Of a stretch of 58,041 nt of DNA, positions 50,158 through 58,041 are shown piece after piece. Position numbers and translations under genes: made by a program. Positions within the stretch are counted from its first letter, which is position 1. Every line of letters starts with the position of its first letter. This DNA is from an uncultured Ureaplasma sp. (GTDB lineage Bacteria; Bacillota_I; Bacilli_A; Mycoplasmatales; Mycoplasmoidaceae). Under the pieces are notes generated by a model that had not been told where the DNA came from, ran no database searches, and was given only the letters and a program-made list of their open reading frames with translations. The stretch spans positions 1 through 58,041 of the forward strand of contig CADAXN010000001.1 in the NCBI GenBank assembly GCA_902791895.1, in the 5' to 3' direction.

Positions 50158-51345
50158 TTAGCGCAAGTATGACTGACTTATATTCTCCATACGATCATTG
50201 TTGTAATCATATTGAACAAGGCTACTTACAACTTTGTAAGTTGGGAATACAACAGCTAAGTCAATAATTGAAAATAATGGGCATGTTATTGTTCTAATGG
50301 CCAATCAATAATCAAATCCAAAAGTTGAATATGAAACATCAAAATATGGTATTAAGAATGAATTGGCAATTACATCTACTGCAAAAACATATAACATTAT
50401 TTGTACTAAACAATCGGTCCAATCATTTTTACGTTTGATGGCTTCTCATTTTGTTTGGTAAGACACAATTTTATTTTGCAATCTTTGAATCTGTAAAATG
50501 TGTTTTGCATACCATCTAACATGTTTTACGGCATAATAGGAAGAATATTTAGAAGAATTCATTTTATTAAATAAATATTTGTTTTTTAAGCCAAAATGAA
50601 TGTTATATCTTGCTTTTAACAAAACCATCCTACCATAGTTCCAGTTTGTAGCAAACGTGACAATCCAAATTACAATTAATACTAACCCTGCAGTAATTAC
50701 TGGTGGTAGAATAAGCATTCACTTTTCAATAATGAAGTCTTTTGAAAATAATGAAATCTTGAAGTTTTGATATGGTTGTATAAAAATATAAACACAAATT
50801 AAAGCAACTATTGCTACATAAATGAGCGAAGCAAAAATTGAATATTTAAACGTGTTATTTTTAAAACCAATTAACATTGATTTATATAAACCGGCAATAA
50901 AGCCATACGCTAAAGATATGATAAAAAATCCGTAATGGAACATTCCGGCGGTTAAAGCTACTGATAGTAAATCTGTTATTCCACCAATAATTAATCCAAT
51001 AAATGGTCCAAATAGTAACCCACCAATTTGAATTAATATACCTTCAATCATGACTCTAAAACCAGGATATGCTCTAAAAACAACTCCTAAAAGTCCAGAA
51101 GTAATAACAGTTAGCAATAAAATAATTGAAATTGACAAAGAAATTGTCATTGCTACATTGGTAATACCTTTGATTCTAATACGAGGCACTATGTAAAATC
51201 TACGATGTCAACGATATCGGTAATAGATTTTTTTAATTATTGAGACTAAAAAAACCAAAGCAACAAAAAACACAAAAATAAGAGCTACTTGTGGTCCTGT
51301 CATTAGTGGTTGATTTGTTGCTTCACCGAATAGAAATGACAACAT
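50158..51345 (-). CDS. Multi-pass membrane protein; the N-terminal half resembles an ECF-transporter S component (low-confidence family call)
   Basis: Track ORFs 50446..50718 and 50719..51189 share a frame. TGA codons at 50719 and 50446 continue the frame to TAA at 50158..50160. Upstream the frame stays open to ATG codons at 51343..51345 or 51301..51303. Gly-rich helix IQIGGLLFGPFIGLIIGGITDLL. Confidence 0.6.
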
Positions 51346-51392
51346 ATTATAGTTATAATTATATTTATAATTTATGTTATATACTTTATTTT

Positions 51393-52274
51393 ATGGAAAT
51401 AATAAATGATTTGCATATTGGCTCACATGTTAGCATGAAAGCACCTGAATATCTAGTCGGGAGTATAAAAGAAGCATTGGGATATAATGCAAACTCTTTT
51501 ATGATTTATACAGGAGCACCTCAATCTACAACAAGAACTAAAATTCAAAATTTAAAAATTTCTGAATTTAGAAAAATTGCAAAACAAAATAACATATCAA
51601 TTGAAAATGTAATTGTCCATGCTCCTTATATTCTTAATCTTGCGAATGCTGATCCCACAAAGCGCAAATTTGTCGTAGATTTTTTAGCTGAAGAAATAAA
51701 AAGGACTATGGAAATTGGTGCTAAATATTTTGTTTTACACCCAGGCAACGCTACAAATTGTAGCGTTGAAGAAGGAATAAAAAACATTGCCAATCGGATT
51801 AATGAAATTTTCCAAAAAATTGGTAAAACTGATGTTGTAATTTGCCTGGAAACTATGAGTGGAAAAGGAACAGAAATTGGCAAAAATTTTAACGAATTAA
51901 AATCAATTATCGATAAAGTAAATTATCCAAAAAATATTGGCGTTTGTTTAGATACATGTCATATAAATGACAGTGGTTATCAAATTGAAAATTTTGATGA
52001 AATAATTGATGAATTCAATAAAATCATCGGTATTGATAAATTAAAAGTTATCCATTTAAATGATTCTAAAAACCCAATTAATGCACATAAAGATCGACAT
52101 GAAAATATTGGTTATGGAACTTTAGGTTTTGATAATATTCTAAAAGTTGTATATCATCCAAAATTAACTTCTATTCCAAAAATACTTGAAACTCCATGAT
52201 TTAATGGCAAGCCTTATTATAAACAAGAGATTCAAATTTTAAGAAATAAGAAATGAGAAAATTTTAGAAAATAA
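51393..52274 (+). CDS. nfo: Endonuclease IV
   Basis: The ATG at 51393 (MEIINDLHIGSHVSMKAPEYL) is preferred over the track start at 51291. The frame continues through TGA at 52197 and 52254 to TAA at 52272..52274. Motifs: HAPYILNL, VLHPG, CLDTCH. 293 aa. Confidence 0.92.
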
Positions 52275-52302
52275 CTTTTATTTTGCTGACTGAATTTAAA
52301 AT

Positions 52303-52335
52303 AAAAAATGAACTGCGGTTTGCAGTTCATTTTTA
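52303..52335. terminator. Bidirectional rho-independent terminator between nfo and the tRNA gene
   Basis: 9-bp stem ATGAACTGC (52308..52316) / GCAGTTCAT (52322..52330) with a 5-nt loop. A-run before and T-run after. Confidence 0.65.
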
Positions 52336-52412
52336 TGGTGCCGTCTATTGGAATTGAACCAACAACCTACTGATTACAGGTCAGTTGCTCTGCCAGATTG
52401 AGCTAAGACGGC
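52336..52412 (-). tRNA. tRNA-Thr (anticodon UGU), CCA encoded
   Basis: Hand-folded cloverleaf. Acceptor GCCGTCT/AGACGGC; D arm GCTC-AATCTGGCA-GAGC; anticodon arm ACTGA-CCTGTAA-TCAGT; variable AGGTT; T arm GTTGG-TTCAATT-CCAAT; discriminator A plus CCA. 77 nt. Confidence 0.9.
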
Positions 52413-52426
52413 AATTATTTCGTATT

Positions 52427-52435
52427 AATTATACA
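52427..52435 (-). promoter_or_regulatory. Extended -10 element (TGTATAATT on the minus strand) upstream of the tRNA
   Basis: The reverse complement of 52427..52435 is TGTATAATT. It lies about 15 nt upstream of the mature tRNA 5-prime end. Confidence 0.4.
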
Positions 52436-52491
52436 TATAAATATATTACCGCTCAATCTATTTAACTTATATGTCATTAAAGTTAGTTAAA

Positions 52492-52526
52492 TAAAAAGTG
52501 ATTCTGGTTATTCAAACCAAAATCAC
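52492..52526 (-). terminator. Rho-independent terminator downstream of rpmB
   Basis: 12-bp stem with one mismatch (plus strand GTGATTCTGGTT / AACCAAAATCAC, 52498..52526), followed on the minus strand by TTTTTATTT. Confidence 0.6.
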
Positions 52527-52547
52527 AATTCGATAATTAAAAACAAA

Positions 52548-52745
52548 TTAAGCTAATTTATTTTGTTTTCTTAATGTTTTCATAGTCTTTGTACTAACCA
52601 TTACACGTTTTGAAGAGTTTTTTCCAGTTTTTACTTTTACTGGTTGCAAATTAACTTTTCACGTTCTACGTGAATGATTTAGTGCATGTGATCTCGAATT
52701 ACCTGTCATTTGACCACGGCCAGTTATTTGATCTTTTCTACTCAT
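52548..52745 (-). CDS. rpmB: 50S ribosomal protein L28
   Basis: Absent from the track because of an in-frame TGA. Sequence: MSRKDQITGRGQMTGNSRSHALNHSRRTWKVNLQPVKVKTGKNSSKRVMVSTKTMKTLRKQNKLA. 65 aa. TAA at 52548..52550. Confidence 0.9.
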
Positions 52746-52886
52746 AGTGGAATAATTATATATATATTATGTTTAGTTTTGGAGTTAAATAGAACTTTAA
52801 TTTATATTGATAAAAATAAAATTCTCATATGCCTATAAGAACATAAGGACAATATGAAAATAATAATTTTGTTGTATTAGCAGTAA

Positions 52887-53243
52887 TTAAACAAGTTGAA
52901 GTACAGCAACTGTTGTATTGTCACCATCACGCTCATCAATACGAACTACTCTTGTATATCCACCTTTACGGTTTTCGTACTTTTTAGCGATTGTGTGAGC
53001 TTTTTTAACTAATTGATTAACATCCATGGTTGCTGTTTTTAAGAAAATGCTATGCATTTTGCGATCACTAGCTAATGTGTTGTCTTTTGCTAAAGTGATA
53101 ATAGTATCAACGTGTTTTTGTGTTTCCTTAGCTTTTGTAATTGTAGTCTTAATTTGACCATATGCAATTACATCACTAACTTGTTGACGAATTACCATTT
53201 TTCTTCAACTAGAAGTTTTACCTTTTTTGTTTATAAATGACAT
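52887..53243 (-). CDS. rplQ: 50S ribosomal protein L17
   Basis: Track ORF 52887..53198 extends through TGA to the ATG at 53241..53243 (MSFINKKGKTSSWRKMVIRQ). 118 aa. Confidence 0.93.
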
Positions 53244-53259
53244 ATTAAAATCTTTCTAA

Positions 53260-54285
53260 TTAAATGTTTTCTTCTGATAAATCTAAATCATCAGATTTTC
53301 TAGTTTCTTCTTTAAAAGTGAAACCATATTCAAGAAGTTTCTTTTGAATTTCACGCAGTGATTTTCTACCTAAATTTTTAATTCTTTCAACTTCAGAACG
53401 AGGTTTGTCAATTAATTGTTGAACTGTTTGAATTCCAGCACGTTTTAAACAGTTGAATGAACGAACAGATAAATTCATATCTTCAATTGCAATTGAAGCT
53501 GTTTGGTTTTCTTTGTTTTGACGTTCTTCAACCATCAACTTAATTTCATTAATTCTTTCATTAATGTTGATAATTGGTTGTAAGTGTTCAGATAATACTT
53601 TAGCAGCATATGCCATTGCATCTGATGGACTAATTGCACCATTAGTGCTCAATTCAATTGTTAATTCATCACCAACTTCATGCTTAGAAATTCTCTTTTC
53701 GTTAACGTAGTAGTTAACACTAACAATTGGTGAAAAGTCAGAGTCAGTTGCAATGATTGATAATGCATTAACTTTTTCATGGTTTACACTAAAAGTTGTG
53801 AATCCATAACCTCTAGTTGCATAAATCTTTAAATCTAATTTTGATTTTGGTGAAGTTAATTCACAAATGTATAAATCTTTGTTAATAACTTCAAATCCAG
53901 CTGGAACTTTGATATCGCTAGCAGTCACTACTTTTTTACCAGTTGTTTCAATTTCCATTACTGGTCATTGTTCAATGTGGGTAGTTTCTAAATCATTGTC
54001 ACTAAAAGCGTTGTCATCAATTTTAACAACTAAACCTTTAAGGTTTAAAATGATTTGAGTGACATCTTCTTTAATGCCATCTAAAGCTTGAAACTCATGT
54101 GTTGCATTATTAATTTTGATTGCAAAAATAGATGAACCAGGAATATCAAATAATAAAGTCCTGCGTAATGCATTACCTAATGTATTACCCATTCCTTTTT
54201 CTAATGGGGTAATTACGAATTTTGCTTGTTGAGGGTTTTTTTCATCGATTTTTGGATTAATTTCGTATCTTAAAAACTTTTTCAT
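53260..54285 (-). CDS. rpoA: DNA-directed RNA polymerase subunit alpha
   Basis: Track ORFs 53260..53958 and 53965..54285 are joined by TGA at 53965..53967. N-terminal GNTLGNALRR motif and C-terminal domain LSVRSFNCLKRAGI. 341 aa. Confidence 0.95.
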
Positions 54286-54304
54286 TTATATTTTTTCTCC
54301 TTTA

Positions 54305-54718
54305 TTAACGAGGTTTCTTTGGTGGGTGACAACCATTGTGTGGAAGTGGAGTTACATCATTTAATTCAGTAATCTTTAATCCAGCAGCGGCTAATGAACG
54401 AATAGCTGTTTCTTTACCTTGTCCTGTACCATTTACATATACTTTTACAGTCTTTAAACCTAAAAGCATTGCAGCTTTAGCAGCTTGAGTAGCTGCTAAT
54501 CCTGCTGCATATGGAGTTGATTTTTTTGAACCTTTATATCCAATTGCACCAGCACTTGATCATGTAATAGCATTACCATTTAAATCAGTAATAGTTACAA
54601 TAGTGTTATTCACTGTCGAGTGAATATGAGCTGCCCCATTAACATCAGCAAGTTTACGTTTTTTTCTAGCTTTTGCTTTTGAAACTTTTGCATCACTTTT
54701 TTTATTTTGTTGTGCCAT
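54305..54718 (-). CDS. rpsK: 30S ribosomal protein S11
   Basis: Hand translation from the ATG at 54716..54718: [72 protein letters not shown]... One TGA. TAA at 54305..54307. 137 aa. Confidence 0.93.
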
Positions 54719-54733
54719 AAACTTCCTTTCCTA

Positions 54734-55108
54734 TTATTTAGTTTCAACTTTCTTGTTAGCAATTGTTTTACGTGGACCTTTACGAGTACGAGCATTAGAC
54801 TTTGTTCTTTGTCCTCTTACTGGTAAACTCTTACGGTGACGAATACCTTTGTAACAATTAATTTCTTGAAGACGCTTGATGTTCATAGCAACATCTCTAC
54901 GTAAATCTCCTTCAAGAGTGTATTTGATACCAACTTCACGAATAGCTGCTAATTCTGTTTCTGTTAAATCAGCAGTTTTCTTTTCTGGATCAACTTTTGC
55001 TTTAGAACAAATTTCTAAAGCACGTGAATCACCAATACCATAAATATAGGTAAGTGATACCTTAATTTTCTTTCCATTAGGAATATCTACACCTAGTATA
55101 CGAGCCAT
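54734..55108 (-). CDS. rpsM: 30S ribosomal protein S13
   Basis: Sequence [26 protein letters not shown]... 124 aa. Intact in the track. Confidence 0.95.
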   Translation of the reverse strand: MARILGVDIPNGKKIKVSLTYIYGIGDSRALEICSKAKVDPEKKTADLTETELAAIREVGIKYTLEGDLRRDVAMNIKRLQEINCYKGIRHRKSLPVRGQRTKSNARTRKGPRKTIANKKVETK

Positions 55109-55114
55109 AGTTTA

Positions 55115-55228
55115 TTATCCTTGACGTTGTTTGTGCTTAGGATTTTTGCAAATCACCATCACAACTCCATTTCTTTTAATAACTTTACAATCTTTGCAGA
55201 TTGGTTTTACTGAAGATCTTACTTTCAT
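55115..55228 (-). CDS. rpmJ: 50S ribosomal protein L36
   Basis: Sequence [37 protein letters not shown]. 37 aa. Too short for the track. Confidence 0.9.
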   Translation of the reverse strand: MKVRSSVKPICKDCKVIKRNGVVMVICKNPKHKQRQG

Positions 55229-55264
55229 ATTTTTTCTCTTTCTTAGTCTAACAAAATAGTTAGT

Positions 55265-55480
55265 CTACTTTTGACGGTATGTTATTCTACCACATGTTAA
55301 GTCGTATGGACTCAACTCAACTGTAACAGTATCACCTTGTAAAATCTGAATTTTGTGAAGACGCATTTTACCAGATACGTGGGCGGTAATTTCGATATTA
55401 TTTTCTAATCTTACCTTGTAAGTACTACCGTTTATTGTTTCGGTAACTACACCTGACATTTGAATATTATCGTTTGCCAT
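55265..55480 (-). CDS. infA: Translation initiation factor IF-1
   Basis: 71 aa S1-like fold ([40 protein letters not shown]...). An in-frame TAA lies 2 codons upstream of the ATG. Confidence 0.93.
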   Translation of the reverse strand: MANDNIQMSGVVTETINGSTYKVRLENNIEITAHVSGKMRLHKIQILQGDTVTVELSPYDLTCGRITYRQK

Positions 55481-55528
55481 ATTTTGTTAAACTTGTTTTT
55501 TTAATTTCTCCTTTTTTAAAAATATGTA

Positions 55529-56311
55529 TTAATATTTTAGCAATTTATCTGCCATTTCAACATTAGTTTTTGTTAAAATCTCAAATCCATCACTAGTCAC
55601 TAAAACCATGTGTTCATAATGACATGTTAATTTATGATTCTTGGAAATGACAGTTCAGTCGTTGGATTTTACATAGTATTCATCCGAATCAGTCATTAGC
55701 ATTGGTTCTATGCATAGAACCATGTTTGGTACTAATTTAATACCAGTATGTGGTTTTCCATAATTTAGAATTATGGGATCTTCATGAGGGGCATTACCAC
55801 ATCCATGCCCCCCATATGTCTTAATTACTTCATAGCCTTCACTTTGTGCTACTGCATATGTTTTGGCTGATATATCACCTAAATGAACATTGGGTTTAAT
55901 TTCTTTAATTGTTTCCATTAAAGCTTTGTAAGTTGCTTTTAGTATTTTTGCAGCATTAGGATTATCTCCTGGAGTTGTAATCATACTGAAAGCAGAATCA
56001 CACACATGGTCTTGATAGGTTACACCAATGTCAAAAGTAATTAAGTCATTTGGCTTTAATTTATAATCGCCACCGATTCCGTGAATTAGTTCATCATTTA
56101 CACTGATACATACATAACCTGGAAAATCATAGAGTTTATGAAATGTAGGAGTTCCTTGATATTTGATAATCAAGTCTCGAGCAATTATGTCTAATTCACG
56201 AGTACTAACACCAGGTTTAACAAAATTTGGTAATTCCGTTCTAACTTTCTTCCAAATTTCACAGGCTTTTTTAATCTTAACAATGTCTTCTGGTGTCTTT
56301 AATAAAATCAT
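55529..56311 (-). CDS. map: Methionine aminopeptidase type I
   Basis: Track ORF 55655..56311 continues through TGA to TAA at 55529..55531. Metal-ligand regions FDIGVTYQDHVCDSAFS, GHGCG, CIEPM. 260 aa. Confidence 0.93.
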
Positions 56312-56967
56312 TATTTATTTTCAATCAATTTACAAACTTTTATAAAAATATCAGCAACACCTTCTTCACCAACATTGATAGCTACTAACTTGTTAGTTTT
56401 GGTGTAATAGTTTATTAGTGGGGCTGTTTGTGTCTTATAAGTATTGAAACGACTTATTGCTGTTTCGACATTATCATCTTTCCTTTGAGCAAGAGTTGAA
56501 TTGCATTTATCACAAATGCCATCACGACACGGTTTTTTATAGAATATGTTGTATATTTCACCACAACCTGGACAATTTCTTCTACCAGTTATTCGTTTGA
56601 TAGCAACATTATCTTCAATGTCTAAATAAATGACTAAATCAATGTCACAAACAGTTTTTAAGAATTCTGCTTGATCTATTGTTCGTGGATAACCATCTAA
56701 TAAAAAAGGTTTCTGTGCTGCTAATGCATCAACAAGATAACCTTTAATCATATTGTTAGTGATATCATCATCAATAAGTTTACCTTGTTGCATATATAGA
56801 CGTATCTTAGCAGCTAGTGGTGAATCAAGATTCATTGTTTCACGAAACATTTCACCAGTAGAGAAATGAACATAATTATATTTTTCTACAAGTTGTTTAG
56901 CAATAGTTCCTTTTCCACTACCGGGAGCACCCAAAAAAATGATGTTTGGTAATTTTTTATTTATCAT
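56311..56967 (-). CDS. adk: Adenylate kinase
   Basis: P-loop GAPGSGKGT and Cys4 lid CPGCGEIY...CDKC. 218 aa. Its stop overlaps the map ATG as TAATG. Confidence 0.95.
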   Translation of the reverse strand: MINKKLPNIIFLGAPGSGKGTIAKQLVEKYNYVHFSTGEMFRETMNLDSPLAAKIRLYMQQGKLIDDDITNNMIKGYLVDALAAQKPFLLDGYPRTIDQAEFLKTVCDIDLVIYLDIEDNVAIKRITGRRNCPGCGEIYNIFYKKPCRDGICDKCNSTLAQRKDDNVETAISRFNTYKTQTAPLINYYTKTNKLVAINVGEEGVADIFIKVCKLIENK

Positions 56968-58041
56968 AATTCCTCCACAGAATTATCATTTTTGTGTTGA
57001 TCATCAAAATATTTTGCTTGGATAGTTTTTCTTGTTTGCTCATATCCAGTATTTGTAAGAGCAGATTTAATTGAGTTCCAAATTTCAATCGAAGCACTTA
57101 CAATAATGATGATACCAGTTCCACCAAGTGCTAAACCTGAAGGAATACCAGAAAGTTTAGATACGAAATATGGTAAAGTAGCAATAACTGCTAAGAATGG
57201 ACCACCAAGCCAGTTAACACGGTTTAATACTTTAGTAATGTGCTTACTTGTATCCTCTCCTGATTTAACTCCAGGAATAAACTTTCCGGACTTCTCAAAG
57301 TTTTCTTGTAACTGTTGAGGATTAATTTGTACATATGAGTAGAAGAATGTGAACAAGATAATGAATATGAAGTACAAGCTCATACCCGACCAAGACTCGA
57401 GAGTGAAGTAATCTTGAATTACTCACTTTGCATCACCCTCGCTTAAGAATTGAGCAATAGTACTTGGGATTGTCATAATGCTGCTTGCAAAGATGACGGG
57501 TATAACTCCTGCAGAGTTAAACTTGATTGGTAAATATGGTAAGTTTTTAACATCGTGAGTTAAACCTTCACCTGTTTGTTGAATTGGAATTTTTCTAATT
57601 GCGTTATTGATGAAAGTTACAATCAGCAATACAAGGAAGTAGAATAAGATGTAAATCAAGAATGTCAATACTACAGCTAACATGTAAGTTGATTCAGTTT
57701 GACTGAATTTGCTAGCTATTGTTTGATATACTGCTCTAAAGTTACCAAATAAGTTTGATAAAATACCAGCTAAGATGATAACAGTAATTCCATTACCAAC
57801 TCCTCGTTTAGTAATCATGTCACCAAAGAATATAGAAACATAAGCACCACCAGTTAGAATCATCATCATTCCGAAGATTTCTCCACCTGATAATTCAGAC
57901 ATTGATGTCTTACCAAAGATAGAGAAAATCTTTCCAGCAGGAGAAGAGTTATTCATACTTAGAATTAACGCCATAACTGCGTATGCTTGTACAAAGCAGA
58001 AAGGCAATGTTAATACACGGTTAATTATCTCTAACTTTCGC
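56961..58041 (-). CDS. secY: Preprotein translocase subunit SecY (5-prime end lies outside the window)
   Basis: Track ORFs 56964..57383 and 57423..58007 share a frame. The track stop at 56964..56966 is TGA (Trp), so the true stop is TAA at 56961..56963. Typical SecY C-terminal helices. It runs off the right edge of the window. Confidence 0.93.

Noticed and set aside
52746-52886. 141-nt spacer between rplQ and rpmB examined for a small RNA, small ORF or terminator
   Set aside because: Only imperfect AT-rich inverted repeats and 7-8-codon ORFs are present. A TATAAT about 9 nt before the rpmB ATG may be a promoter for a near-leaderless mRNA, but the evidence is too thin to annotate.
55507-55512. 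AGGAGA element 26 nt upstream of the infA ATG, considered as evidence for an alternative infA start or a leader peptide
   Set aside because: An in-frame TAA lies two codons upstream of the annotated ATG. The nearby ATT is out of frame and opens only a very short ORF. The spacing is too long for a functional SD for infA, so this is probably fortuitous.

Overview
AT-rich Mollicutes-type (Mycoplasma-like) chromosomal segment that must be read with genetic code 4 (TGA = Trp). Most supplied track ORFs are fragments of longer genes, and several track starts are TTG or GTG artefacts. Merging fragments by hand across in-frame TGA gives about 55 tightly packed protein genes, one tRNA, and a few hairpin terminators and extended -10 promoters. 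Content is mainly housekeeping. Translation genes: ileS, alaS, leuS, lepA, gatCAB, der, and the secY-adk-map-infA-rpmJ-rpsM-rpsK-rpoA-rplQ cluster plus rpmB. DNA repair and recombination genes: uvrC, uvrB, ruvAB, dinB, recU, recA, nfo and a cinA-like gene. Also present: secA, ptsI, ispG, cmk, gpsA, a lipid kinase, an alpha/beta hydrolase and a Ser/Thr kinase. I saw no CRISPR array, mobile element, rRNA or recognisable defence or toxin system. The less ordinary part is a membrane-protein block at about 6.6-12.7 kb. It holds a 664-aa polytopic protein with tandem repeats, a tandem pair of paralogous membrane genes with one apparently frameshifted twice, and a large permease-like gene with a probable ATT start. 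Other points worth a look: an MprF-C-like (DUF2156-type) domain fused to a GNAT domain between ileS and alaS, ptsI-ispG co-transcription, a kinase coupled to gatCAB, and a tRNA-Thr with C at position 33. All coordinates and merges come from hand translation. Family names are motif-based recognition, not database results.
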